64,000 nt of DNA, taken from contig CBDCGL010000011.1 of the NCBI GenBank assembly GCA_965216755.1, forward strand, positions 1,536,001-1,600,000, written 5' to 3'. The notes under the pieces are model-generated. The model saw only the letters and a list, made by a program, of their open reading frames with translations. It searched no databases and had not been told where the DNA came from. Source of the stretch: Alphaproteobacteria bacterium. Lineage in GTDB: Bacteria; Pseudomonadota; Alphaproteobacteria; UBA7887. Shown in pieces: positions 48,833 to 58,477 of the stretch; within the stretch, counting starts at the first letter, position 1; each line of letters starts with the position of its first letter. Made by a program: the position numbers and the translations under genes.

Positions 48833-50083
48833 ATGGCCGTGACGTCCCAGCGAATTCAGTTTGCCGGCGCCAACGGCGCCATGCTGGCCGCGCGGCTTGA
48901 GCGACCCGCGATAGGCACAGGCGCTTACGCGCTTTTTGCCCATTGTTTTACTTGTTCTAAGGACATTTTCGCGGCCTCGCGCATTGCGACACGTTTGGCG
49001 GCTCAGGGGATTGCGACGTTGCGCTTCGATTTCACCGGTTTGGGCGCAAGCGACGGCGACTTTGCCAATACCAACTTTTCATCGAACGTCGATGATTTGG
49101 TCGCCGCCGCCGCGTTCTTGCGCACAAACTACGCGGCGCCCCAATTGCTGGTCGGCCATAGTCTCGGTGGCGCCGCCGTGTTGGCGGCCGCGCAGCATGT
49201 GCCGGAAGCCAAAGCGGTCGCGACAATCGGCGCGCCGGCCGACCCGGCGCATGTTGCACATCTTATCGCCGATGCCGTTCCTGAAATCGAATCAAGAGGG
49301 GAAGCGGTCGTGGCACTTGCCGGCCGTCGGTTTCGTATTCGCAAACAGTTCCTCGACGATATTGGGACTCAACGCTTGCAAGATGCCGTTGGTCATATGC
49401 GCAAGGCTTTGTTGGTCCTCCACGCGCCGCGCGATACCTATGTCGGCATCGACAATGCCACCACTATTTTCCAGGCGGCCAAGCACCCAAAGAGCTATGT
49501 CTCACTAGATGACGCCGATCACCTTTTGACCCGCCGCCGCGATGCTGACTATGTCGCGACCATCCTTGCCGCCTGGGCGTCGCGGTATGTGGATGAGGCA
49601 GAATCGCGCGACACTCATGACGACCAGCAAGATAATGCTGTCGTGGTCAGCGAAAACGGCAAGGGGCGCTTTGCACTGGACATCACCGCCGGACGCCACC
49701 TCATTCATGCCGACGAACCGCAAAGCTACGGAGGAAACGACACAGGTCTCACGCCCTACCAATTGATGAGTGCCGCGCTTGGCGCCTGTACCGCCATGAC
49801 GATACGGCTCTACGCGGCGCGCAAGAAGTGGCCGCTTGATCGCGTGTCTGTGACGGTGTTTCACGACAAAATCCATGCGCAGGATTGCGCAGACTGCGAG
49901 ACACGCGACGGCAAAGTTGACCGATTTATGCGCGAGATTTCGGTGCAGGGCGAGCTCGATCGGGCTCAGGAAGCCAGCCTGTCGCGCATCGCCGATCGCT
50001 GTCCGGTGCATCGGACACTTCATGGCGAAGTTGCGATCGAATCGAAGCTGGGCCGCGATACCCCGCCCCGATCCGCGACCTAG
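48833..50083 (+). CDS. Bifunctional alpha/beta hydrolase - OsmC family protein
   Basis: FAHCFTCSK; GHSLGG; DADHLL; LGACT; ADRCPVHRTL. Confidence 0.92.
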   Translation: MAVTSQRIQFAGANGAMLAARLERPAIGTGAYALFAHCFTCSKDIFAASRIATRLAAQGIATLRFDFTGLGASDGDFANTNFSSNVDDLVAAAAFLRTNYAAPQLLVGHSLGGAAVLAAAQHVPEAKAVATIGAPADPAHVAHLIADAVPEIESRGEAVVALAGRRFRIRKQFLDDIGTQRLQDAVGHMRKALLVLHAPRDTYVGIDNATTIFQAAKHPKSYVSLDDADHLLTRRRDADYVATILAAWASRYVDEAESRDTHDDQQDNAVVVSENGKGRFALDITAGRHLIHADEPQSYGGNDTGLTPYQLMSAALGACTAMTIRLYAARKKWPLDRVSVTVFHDKIHAQDCADCETRDGKVDRFMREISVQGELDRAQEASLSRIADRCPVHRTLHGEVAIESKLGRDTPPRSAT

Positions 50084-50096
50084 ACATGGTCGCCTT

Positions 50097-50999
50097 TCAC
50101 GCTACAAGCGCCAGACTCCACGAGACAATGAGAATCATCAGCGCGATTCCGCCCATGCGCCATTGCAGCGCCCGGTCGATCGACCATTGATAGTGCGACC
50201 GCGCCAATAGCAAACCGATGCCGAGACCAAAAGCAAAACCACAGATATGCGCGAGCACATCGGTCTGCGGGCCGCCGACGCCAAGCAAAGCAAGCAAAAC
50301 GAGTCCGCCAACCAACGGTGCCCATTTGCGCAAGCCGGATCTTCCCGCAAAATGTGTCCAAGTCTGGCGCAACGCAACGAGCAAGCCAAGTCCGGCAAAG
50401 ATCGCTGTTGACGCCCCGATAGAACCGTGCGTTGGCGGCTGCAAAAACGCATTCAGGAGATTGCCACCAATGCCGGCGACCAGCATTGACAGCCAAGCCA
50501 CGCCGGGACCCGTAACTTGAGCCAAAAGATAAGCGAACAGAGCACCGAAAAAGAGGTTGCCTAGTAAGTGCGTCACGGTCACGTGCAAACACAATGCTGT
50601 CGCCGCACGCCACAGCTGGCCATCAAGAATTGCGCCCGCTTCGGCGGCGCCGGCCGCCAACCAATCGATGGAGAACGCGCCACGGCGCGCTGCGGCGAAG
50701 AAGAAAAGCAGCACTGCCCAATAGACTGTCGCGACCTCAATTGGTGGCAGAACCAAACGCAATCCAACGGGACGGGAACCGCTATCCCGATTCTCTTGGT
50801 CGTATTGGGCAAGCTCGGCCTGGGCGATTGCGCGATCTGCCACCGCGACATAGATCGCCACGGCGCCGCCCTCGCTAACCACAAAAGAACGGATCCCCGC
50901 CGCCGTTAGAACCAGGGCATAGTCTTGGGCCCGCCGGGTTTCGAGAAAGCGGCGTACCGGAACCAAATCGTCACGCTGATCATCCACGCGCCCAAGCAT
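50097..50999 (-). CDS. Rhomboid intramembrane serine protease
   Basis: WR; HLLGN; GAS; AHICG; multiple TM helices. Confidence 0.9.
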   Translation of the reverse strand: MLGRVDDQRDDLVPVRRFLETRRAQDYALVLTAAGIRSFVVSEGGAVAIYVAVADRAIAQAELAQYDQENRDSGSRPVGLRLVLPPIEVATVYWAVLLFFFAAARRGAFSIDWLAAGAAEAGAILDGQLWRAATALCLHVTVTHLLGNLFFGALFAYLLAQVTGPGVAWLSMLVAGIGGNLLNAFLQPPTHGSIGASTAIFAGLGLLVALRQTWTHFAGRSGLRKWAPLVGGLVLLALLGVGGPQTDVLAHICGFAFGLGIGLLLARSHYQWSIDRALQWRMGGIALMILIVSWSLALVA

Positions 51000-51062
51000 G
51001 CCGAAATGGCGCTGATCAGTATAGAAAACTCTTGAATGTGCGCACTGAAGACGAACCGAGGA

Positions 51063-51311
51063 CTAATCCTCAGGCGCAAGAATCTCTTGAACGCACACCC
51101 GATCGATTAGGTTTTCTCGACCAAGATCGCGCAAATGCAAACGTTTCTGATCGTTCGTCAGCGGGGCGCCGATACCCTGTGTCAGGGCCAACACCATTGA
51201 CTGATCGCTCATACCAAGCCAAAACGCTCGCCGTACAAGCTTGCCATCCGCGTCACGTGCGAACGGGTTGTCGCCCGCCACGGAAAAATCCGGCTCGTAA
51301 TATCCACTCAT
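51063..51311 (-). CDS. Hypothetical protein
   Basis: 82-aa ORF MSGYYEPDF... with GGAG RBS. Confidence 0.65.
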   Translation of the reverse strand: MSGYYEPDFSVAGDNPFARDADGKLVRRAFWLGMSDQSMVLALTQGIGAPLTNDQKRLHLRDLGRENLIDRVCVQEILAPED

Positions 51312-51398
51312 TGTCACCAACTCTCCGCACACGACCAATATAAAGTATAGGGCATCGACGACGTGGCGGTAAGGATTGGCGTGGCTCGAACGTCCCCG

Positions 51399-51617
51399 TT
51401 AGGCGGCCCGGCGTTCCAGAACCGGTGTGAGCGGTTCACGGAGTTCGGACGATAAAACCTCATTCTGCGCGTGCACAAGCTCGACCGCGACTTCCGCGAA
51501 AGCGCGCGCAGCCAGGCTCGGCGTGCTGTCCCGCGACTCCGCGTATGCTTCATAGAAAGCTTTAAGACATCTTTTGAACTGTTCTGGTGACACAACAAAT
51601 GACCTCCTGGCACTCAC
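51399..51617 (-). CDS. Hypothetical small protein
   Basis: 72-aa helical ORF co-oriented with 51063..51311; start uncertain. Confidence 0.4.
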   Translation of the reverse strand: MSARRSFVVSPEQFKRCLKAFYEAYAESRDSTPSLAARAFAEVAVELVHAQNEVLSSELREPLTPVLERRAA

Positions 51618-51800
51618 CCTATTGGGCGAACAACCGGCTCGTCAATAGCCTTGCAAGCATTTGCTGGCAAAAAACCTATTCCATGGCACATGAGACACTT
51701 ATTGGGGCCGGTGAATATGCCGCTTGAGATGCCTTGACCCAATCCAGTCGACGCGTTACGAGACACGTCGGCCAACAAATAAAACAAGGTAGGTACAGAC

Positions 51801-52352
51801 ATGGCTGAGGTTCCACCGATTTGCGATTTTGGCTGGAAGGCTCCGGATTTTGAGCTTCCCGGAACCGATGGCAAACGTCACAGCTTGCAGGCCCTTCGCG
51901 GCTCTAAGGGCACTTTGATCGTCTTCATGTGCAATCACTGCCCGTACGTAAAGGCCATCCTGGAGAACCTAATTCGCGATGCCCGCGAACTTCAGGCGCA
52001 TGGCATCAACACCATTGCCATCAGCGCCAACGATCCGGAAAGCTATCCAGACGACAGTTTTGAAAACATGGCGCGGGTTGCAAACGAACGTGGGTTTCCG
52101 TTTCCTTATTTGTTCGACGAAACCCAAGACGTCGCGCGCGCCTATGACGCCGTATGTACGCCGGATTTCTTCGGCTTTAACGCCGACCTAGGACTGCAGT
52201 ATCGAGGCCGGCTGGACGAATCGAAAACGACGCGGGTGCCGAACGCGCGCCGAGAGCTGTTCGAAGCCATGGTTCAGGTGGCAGAGACCGGCAAGGGACC
52301 GACCGAGCAGGTCGCCAGCATGGGGTGCTCGATCAAGTGGAGGGCCAGCTAG
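51801..52352 (+). CDS. Thioredoxin-family (AhpC/TSA-like) protein
   Basis: FMCNHCPYV; CTPDFF; YRGRLD; SMGCSIKW. Confidence 0.92.
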   Translation: MAEVPPICDFGWKAPDFELPGTDGKRHSLQALRGSKGTLIVFMCNHCPYVKAILENLIRDARELQAHGINTIAISANDPESYPDDSFENMARVANERGFPFPYLFDETQDVARAYDAVCTPDFFGFNADLGLQYRGRLDESKTTRVPNARRELFEAMVQVAETGKGPTEQVASMGCSIKWRAS

Positions 52353-53452
52353 ACCCCGGTACGCGAGGATACTAATGCGATCGGCCGACGGCGCGCGCCC
52401 CAGCGCCCGGCCCGCCCGTCAAAAATGCCCGGGCAGCGGGTGGCGCACTGCGAGCACCGCCCTTCAACAGTCAAGGCCCAAGCGGTGAGCGTGTACCCGT
52501 CGCGACCGATCAGAAGTGTGCCACAATCGTGGCAGTAGGTGCTCTGCCCCGCCGCATCGTGAACATTGCCAACATAGGCGTGGCGCACACCGTTCGCGTG
52601 CGCGATGTCACGTGCGCGCAACAGGCTGTCCGGTGGCGTCGGCGGCACATCGATCATCTTCCAGTCTGGGTGAAACGCGGTGAAGTGAATCGGCACGTCC
52701 GGCCCCAGAGTCTCAACGACCCAACCGGTCATAGCATCGATCTCAGCCGGTGCGTCGTTACGAGTCGGGATTAACAACGTGGTCAGCTCAAGCCACACAT
52801 CCGTTTCATGCTTCACGTATTTGAGCGTATCCAAGACCGGGTCGAGACTCGCGGAACACAGCGATCGATAAAATTCATCAGAAAATCCCTTGAGATCGAC
52901 GTTTGCGGCATCGACATGATCGAAAAATACACGCCGCGCGGCCGAGCTTACGTAGCCAGCGGTGACAGCGACTGTCTTGATGCCGATGGCGTGACAGGCT
53001 TTGGCCACATCGACCGCGTATTCCAGGAAAATGACGGGATCGTTGTAAGTAAAGGCAACGCTGCGTACGTCATGGGCGCAAGCCGCCTGCGCGATCGTCT
53101 CAGGCATCGCGGCGGCCGCCAGCGTATCAAACGCGCGCGATTTCGAAATATCCCAGTTCTGACAAAACTTGCAGGTTAGATTGCAGCCGGCGGTGCCGAA
53201 TGAGAGTACCGGCGTGCCGGGCAAAAAGTGGTTCAGCGGCTTTTTCTCGATCGGATCGATGCAAAAACCGCTCGAACGCCCATATGCCGTCAAGACCATG
53301 CGTTCGCCGTCGCGGGCACGCACAAAGCACAAGCCCTTCTGTCCGTCATGCAATTTGCAATGACGGGGGCATAGATCGCACTGCATGCGCCCATCGTCGA
53401 GTCGATGCCAATAGCCGACCTCTATGCCACTTTTTGTCGCACTCTCCGTCAC
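52349..53452 (-). CDS. amrS: AmmeMemoRadiSam system radical SAM enzyme
   Basis: CDLCPRHC; DPIEKKPL; GCNLTCKFCQNW (CxxxCxxC); C-terminal CxxC pairs. Confidence 0.93.
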   Translation of the reverse strand: MTESATKSGIEVGYWHRLDDGRMQCDLCPRHCKLHDGQKGLCFVRARDGERMVLTAYGRSSGFCIDPIEKKPLNHFLPGTPVLSFGTAGCNLTCKFCQNWDISKSRAFDTLAAAAMPETIAQAACAHDVRSVAFTYNDPVIFLEYAVDVAKACHAIGIKTVAVTAGYVSSAARRVFFDHVDAANVDLKGFSDEFYRSLCSASLDPVLDTLKYVKHETDVWLELTTLLIPTRNDAPAEIDAMTGWVVETLGPDVPIHFTAFHPDWKMIDVPPTPPDSLLRARDIAHANGVRHAYVGNVHDAAGQSTYCHDCGTLLIGRDGYTLTAWALTVEGRCSQCATRCPGIFDGRAGRWGARRRPIALVSSRTGV

Positions 53453-53562
53453 AGCCGCATTGACCCTTAAATTGCATTGGCGAACCAGATTTCACCCCAA
53501 ATATAGTAAGGTAAGCATGAACAACGAGGGCGGACGGTGCAAATACCGCACGTACGGATAAG

Positions 53563-54360
53563 ATGATCATCCGACCGCCGGCTGTGGCGGGGCTGTTCTA
53601 TCCGGGTGACGCAGATTCGCTGCGCGCCGCGGTGGGAGAGTTGCTTGCCGATACCCAAGCAAGCCCTGTAAACGAAAGCCAAAGGCCGCCCAAAGCCATC
53701 ATCGCGCCGCACGCAGGCTATATCTATTCGGGCTCCATCGCGGCAGCAGCTTACGCGAAGCTTTGGACCATCGCGGCACGGGTGGAGCGCGTGGTGCTCA
53801 TTGGGCCCGCGCATCGCGTGCCGCTTCACGGTCTGGCAACGAGCGGCGCCGACAGCTTTGCCACGCCGTTGGGCACCATGCGCGTTGACCGTGAAGCGGT
53901 GGCCAATGTCGAGACTATCAGCGGGGTCGAGCAAAATGACCGCGCGCACCGCGACGAACACAGCCTCGAAGTCCAGTTGCCGTTCCTGCAGGTCGTACTC
54001 CCGGACGCAGCAATCATCCCCTTGCTGGTGGGCGATGCCCCAGCCGCGTTGACCGCGCATGTCCTCGAGAGGTCGTGGGGCGGCCCCGAAACAGTATTCG
54101 TCGTCAGCTCCGACTTGAGCCACTATCACACCTATGACGCGGCCGTCGCGCTGGACTCGTCAACAGCGGCCACAATCGTCGCCGGCAACGGCGCCGCCCT
54201 GGATGGCGCACGCGCGTGCGGTCATGCGGCAATCCAAGGCCTGTTGACGGCATCCAAACATCACGCTCTTAGCGCGGTCACTTTGTCGCTTGCAAATTCA
54301 GGGGATACAGCCGGTGACAAATCACGTGTGGTTGGTTATGGCGCATGGGCGTTGGCGTGA
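53563..54360 (+). CDS. amrB: AmmeMemoRadiSam system protein B (Memo family)
   Basis: RPPAVAGLFYP; PHAGYIYSG; EHSLEVQLPFL; SSDLSHY; ACG; VVGYGA. Confidence 0.93.
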   Translation: MIIRPPAVAGLFYPGDADSLRAAVGELLADTQASPVNESQRPPKAIIAPHAGYIYSGSIAAAAYAKLWTIAARVERVVLIGPAHRVPLHGLATSGADSFATPLGTMRVDREAVANVETISGVEQNDRAHRDEHSLEVQLPFLQVVLPDAAIIPLLVGDAPAALTAHVLERSWGGPETVFVVSSDLSHYHTYDAAVALDSSTAATIVAGNGAALDGARACGHAAIQGLLTASKHHALSAVTLSLANSGDTAGDKSRVVGYGAWALA

Positions 54361-54980
54361 CCTCTCGCAACACTGAGCACGGAGCACCGGCGACTGAGCA
54401 TGCGGACACCATGTTGGCCGTCGCCGCACAATCCATCGCGCAAGGGCTCAACGAAAGTGGTCCCTTTGTTCCCGATCTCGCGCGCCTGCCGGCCGCTTTC
54501 AGCGAACGGCGAGCAACTTTTGTGACTCTCAAAACAAATCATGTCTTACGCGGCTGCGTCGGCACCGTAACAGCGTCTCAACCATTGGCGCACGATGTGG
54601 CCCGGAACGCACGCGGTGCGGCATTCGAAGACCCACGCTTTGTTCCGCTCGGCACGGACGAATGGCCGACGCTGTGGCTATCCATCGCGCTGTTGCGCAA
54701 ACCGGAGCGCCTTTACGTCAGCACGGAGGACGAGCTGTGTGACACGCTGCGCCCGCATGTCGATGGCTTGCATTTACAGTGGGGTGACAAACGTGCCTTT
54801 TTCTTGCCAGCTGTCTGGGAACATATGGCTGACGCCCATCAATTCGTAACCCAGCTCAAGGCCAAGGCTGACCTGGCGCTGGACCATTGGTCTTCGGACA
54901 TCCAATTGCAAAGAGTGACCGTCGAAACAATCGGACCGGCGCGCGCCGCTGCGATGGCGCCAATCTACGGTCAGGATTGA
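54357..54980 (+). CDS. amrA: AmmeMemoRadiSam system protein A (AMMECR1 domain)
   Basis: ATFVTL; LRGCVG; AAFEDPRF; FLPAVWE; GTGA overlap with amrB. Confidence 0.92.
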   Translation: MTSRNTEHGAPATEHADTMLAVAAQSIAQGLNESGPFVPDLARLPAAFSERRATFVTLKTNHVLRGCVGTVTASQPLAHDVARNARGAAFEDPRFVPLGTDEWPTLWLSIALLRKPERLYVSTEDELCDTLRPHVDGLHLQWGDKRAFFLPAVWEHMADAHQFVTQLKAKADLALDHWSSDIQLQRVTVETIGPARAAAMAPIYGQD

Positions 54981-55239
54981 TAACCACGAGATGATTGCTG
55001 CTAGAGCCGTGTCCAACAATATTGAATCAATTCTGTTCGCGACACAGTGTGGCGATCCACGCGAAGGGCGGCGCCGCCCGATGCTCGTGTCCCGAATCCG
55101 AAGTTCGTCACATCTGACCCCAGGCGCCGTACTATTCGTCAGGACATGAGCCGAATGTTTGGATCTCGTGCGGTTCACCGCACGCGCGCATCGAGCAAGC
55201 CGTCCGACCAATGTGATCATCGATTTGGATTCCCATTGC

Positions 55240-55354
55240 GGGGCAACCGCCGGTCGCGAACCCGCGGGGCCGGGCTCCAACCAATGCCCCGTTCCTTGGG
55301 GAAGAACGACCTGATCCGTGCAATCTGATCTTTGGTGAGCCAAAACAAGCGTGA
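55240..55354 (-). pseudogene. IS5-family (IS427-like) transposase N-terminal remnant
   Basis: Manual translation SRLFWLTKDQIARIRSFFPKERG....PRVRDRR resembles the recalled IS5 orfA start LFWLTDEQM.RL.PFFPKSHGKPRVDDRR; no start codon, truncated. Confidence 0.6.
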
Positions 55355-55488
55355 TTTGGGCGATCGTCCTTGCCGCAATGAATCTCAACAAATCCGTTAG
55401 GTGAAATCCGTTTTATAACCGGCGGCCGTGCGGACGAAGATTGCCGTCCAATGGCAAAATATACTTGTGTAAATTGAAGTTGAATCTC

Positions 55489-56037
55489 ATGACGCCCAAA
55501 CTTGAAGACTATTTGCAAGAGTTCGATGGAGTTGCCGTTTCTGTTGTGTCTGAAGCACGGGCTGCGTGCAGCAGTATGCCTGGTTATTTTGACGAGCTCA
55601 TACGCCTTTGTGCGGATCCGCGGCCTACCATTTCAATCGGAGCGACATGGATACTGAAGGCGGAATGCGACGATGGGAATTCATTTGGGCCGGCACTAAT
55701 TGATCGCTTGGTGCAGAGGCTGGATGATATTTCACCTTGGCAAGCCCAACTGCATATTTGTCAGTCGTTTGAGGCATTTGAGATTTCCGCAGAGCATGCA
55801 AAGAAGTTTTCTGGCTGGGCTGCGTCTCTTGCCAATCATTCGCGACCGTTATTGCGTGCGTGGAGCCTGCATCTTAGAGTAATCCTAAGTATTAGGTTTG
55901 AGGAATTCCGCCGCACCGCTGAAAACGCCTTACTGAAAGCGGAGGACGACGTAGCCGCGTCGGTGCGAGCCCGCGCGCGCAACCTACGAAAGCAACTGGC
56001 AAAGGAAGGAAAATCGGGACACAAGGCGCGGCAATAG
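55489..56037 (+). CDS. Hypothetical HEAT/alpha-helical repeat-like protein
   Basis: 182-aa lower-GC ORF; helical segments such as RPLLRAWSL and DDVAASVRARARN. Confidence 0.7.
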   Translation: MTPKLEDYLQEFDGVAVSVVSEARAACSSMPGYFDELIRLCADPRPTISIGATWILKAECDDGNSFGPALIDRLVQRLDDISPWQAQLHICQSFEAFEISAEHAKKFSGWAASLANHSRPLLRAWSLHLRVILSIRFEEFRRTAENALLKAEDDVAASVRARARNLRKQLAKEGKSGHKARQ

Positions 56038-56119
56038 AGAGGGTGAATCCCAACACAGACAGTCGCAATGGATTCAAAGCCGTCATCCGGCAAAAGCGGT
56101 CAGGTGATAGGTCCCGACC

Positions 56120-56536
56120 CTAGAGAAATTCCTCGTTGCCCAGGTGGTGTTCGGCGAACGACACCACCCGGCCGCTGTCGTCGATAAACGCAATTGAGTT
56201 ACCGTCTTTGCGGATCGCGTGACATGCGTTAACGAAACCAAACGTCTCCCATTCGTTGCAGACTTTGCCGTCCGCCGTGACCCACCACCGCCCGATCGCG
56301 TCCGTTCGTTCTGTCTTGGTCTCGATTTTGGCCCGTATCTGACCACTGGTTGAATAGAACGTCTTATATTTACTTTGATCCTTGGGCGTGAAACCGACCA
56401 AGGTGTTACCCGCCAGAAGCGCTTCCGCCTCCTCCGCGCTCAGCAAATCGGGTTGGGCCACCAACAGGTTCAAATTCGCGGTGACGCCATAAAACAAAGC
56501 GGCAGCCACGAACAATGTAGCCCGTCCATTTACCAT
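56120..56536 (-). CDS. Hypothetical secreted protein (DUF995-like)
   Basis: Signal peptide; LSAEEAEALLAGNTL...GRWWVTADGKVC.EW....C. Confidence 0.65.
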   Translation of the reverse strand: MVNGRATLFVAAALFYGVTANLNLLVAQPDLLSAEEAEALLAGNTLVGFTPKDQSKYKTFYSTSGQIRAKIETKTERTDAIGRWWVTADGKVCNEWETFGFVNACHAIRKDGNSIAFIDDSGRVVSFAEHHLGNEEFL

Positions 56537-56752
56537 CACTCGCGCCCTCACAATCACAATCGCGGCATTATGCGCAACTGCTGCTGGCCGGCAAGACCAC
56601 ACCGGCGCCCCATAGCTCTATAGCACGGAATACTGCAATAAATGGGAGCACCTCCGGGCGCCGATATCGCCACGCGCCCGCCGCGCCCTAATTTCCCCTG
56701 GATGGACTTGAACAGCAGACAATGCGCTAGGTTTTGGCCTGTGGTTACGACT

Positions 56753-57466
56753 ATGGCGGTCTTTTCCTTGGCTATTGTCGTCACCATCGACAGTGCCGAT
56801 GCCCTTGACCCGCGGTCGGTGGTCGCGACGGAGCTGCGTCTGCGCGATTGGTTGCACTTGCGGCCCGATGACCGCCAGATCTTTGTCGACGGATTTGCTC
56901 TAGGTTGGCATCGCACCCCACCCGCGGCACAGCCTGAGCCTGAGATTTCCGAGGAGCAAGCAGAGCAACCGGACGAACCCGTGGAGGACCCTGCCGTTGC
57001 GGTTGATACGGCAGTCACGATGTTTGACGGCCTGGATTTGGCGATCACGCGGCTAGCCAACGCGCCGCGCACCAGCGAAACGCGCCTGGCAACGGCGCTC
57101 GCCCGGGCGCAGATCTTGGGCCGCATGCATCACCCCAACCTGTCAACGGCCCAGTGGTTGGCCTTACCACACCGGCATAAGTTTATGTTATTACAAGGAA
57201 TTCAAGCAGGAACCTATGCTCGTGAAAGTTGGGAATCGCTGAATCGATCTCAAGCCAGTGCCGCCATCGACGATCGACTTGCCGTCGCCCGCCAGATGTT
57301 TAGGCCACCGCTCTCGGGCGACCCGATCATGATGATGTCATGGCTCGAGGACTCGGTGCACATCGTTGACGACGCCGAAGTTTCCTTCGTTGAAACAGTC
57401 AAATCCATCTCAGATCGAATGGCGACCAGCGGAGCGCTTCAAGCACCGGCGGCGCCATCCCAATAG
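56753..57466 (+). CDS. Hypothetical secreted protein with internal duplication; start uncertain
   Basis: Signal-like N-terminus; two WLxL...G..xG repeats separated by an acidic linker. Confidence 0.65.
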   Translation: MAVFSLAIVVTIDSADALDPRSVVATELRLRDWLHLRPDDRQIFVDGFALGWHRTPPAAQPEPEISEEQAEQPDEPVEDPAVAVDTAVTMFDGLDLAITRLANAPRTSETRLATALARAQILGRMHHPNLSTAQWLALPHRHKFMLLQGIQAGTYARESWESLNRSQASAAIDDRLAVARQMFRPPLSGDPIMMMSWLEDSVHIVDDAEVSFVETVKSISDRMATSGALQAPAAPSQ

Positions 57467-57503
57467 CTGGTTCCGAACGGACTCACGCCTGGCGAGCAGA
57501 GAG

Positions 57504-57546
57504 AAGCGGAACCGGCGGGGAGCGGGGTGAATCGCCGGTTCCGCTT
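57504..57546. terminator. Perfect 14-bp hairpin between convergent genes
   Basis: AAGCGGAACCGGCG-N15-CGCCGGTTCCGCTT. Confidence 0.7.
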
Positions 57547-57601
57547 ATGAGACGGTCCCGCACAGCCGCGGACACCACCCGCCTCTCGTAGAAACAGGGT
57601 C

Positions 57602-57638
57602 CGCGATTGCCGTCACAGGCGCAGTGACGGCGGTCACA
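57602..57638 (-). promoter_or_regulatory. Two tandem CRP-like boxes
   Basis: TGTGA-ccgccg-TCACT (57623-57638) and TGTGA-cggcaa-TCGCG (57602-57617) on the minus strand. Confidence 0.45.
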
Positions 57639-57733
57639 AGGCTCAGATATTTCCAATCATGGATGGTACTTAGCCGCATGGCATGGGCACGCAGGTCGCA
57701 TTTGCGACCAAGCACAACGACAGTATGGACGTG

Positions 57734-58453
57734 CTAACGGGTTGCTGCGCGCTGGTGGTCGCGGTCGAGGCGCTCGGACAACGCCTGAAGCTTGCCACGG
57801 TCCTTCAAGTACAAGGTTTTGCCCTTGCGTTCGACGATCTCGGCGCTCGTCAGTTGGCTGAGGACACGTGCGACAGTCTCACGGGTTGTGCTTGCTCGCC
57901 CCGCAATATCGGCTTGGGTCGGCATCGGGTAGATGGACCAGAAATTGGGCACGGCCGGATCGGGACCGGCCAAGCGTAAGAGCTCAACATACACCCTTTG
58001 CACGGCGCCTAGGGTGCTCAGATCCATGATCCGCTCGTCGCAGGCACGAATGACATTGGCCATGTTCTGCAATACCGCGAACGCGATACGCGCGTCTCGC
58101 GCCAGCAAGTCGCGGAACGTTGTCGGCGACACCGCCGCCAGCAGGCTGCGCTCGGACGCGGTCACACTGGCCGAACGTGGGGCGTCATCGATCGCTGACA
58201 GTTCGCCGAAATACGCACCCTCTGATACCATTGCCAATGAGATCTCGCGTCCGGACAACGAATAATTGGCGATTTGGACAGCGCCCTGGACGACGAAGAA
58301 GACGTCACGATTCTCACTATTGCGATCGAGAATTTGTTCGTTTCGCTCGTAGCGGCGCCACGTGGCGCGACGTTCGAGATCGCGCAGCTCCTCGACCGGC
58401 AATTCCGTTAATAGATTGATATTGTCGAGCTGGCCTGGCTTCGCCTCTTGCAC
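57734..58453 (-). CDS. Crp/Fnr family transcriptional regulator
   Basis: cNMP-binding FGELSAIDDAPRSASV; HTH TQADIAGRASTTRETVAR; AGGAGG RBS before GTG. Confidence 0.93.
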   Translation of the reverse strand: MQEAKPGQLDNINLLTELPVEELRDLERRATWRRYERNEQILDRNSENRDVFFVVQGAVQIANYSLSGREISLAMVSEGAYFGELSAIDDAPRSASVTASERSLLAAVSPTTFRDLLARDARIAFAVLQNMANVIRACDERIMDLSTLGAVQRVYVELLRLAGPDPAVPNFWSIYPMPTQADIAGRASTTRETVARVLSQLTSAEIVERKGKTLYLKDRGKLQALSERLDRDHQRAATR

Positions 58454-58477
58454 GACATCCTCCTTCGCCCGGCACAT

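Noticed and set aside
48386-53452. Small Cys peptide plus radical SAM enzyme as a RiPP system
   Set aside because: The radical SAM is a clear AmrS about 3.6 kb away with no SPASM or RRE features, and the peptide has a Sec signal rather than a RiPP leader.
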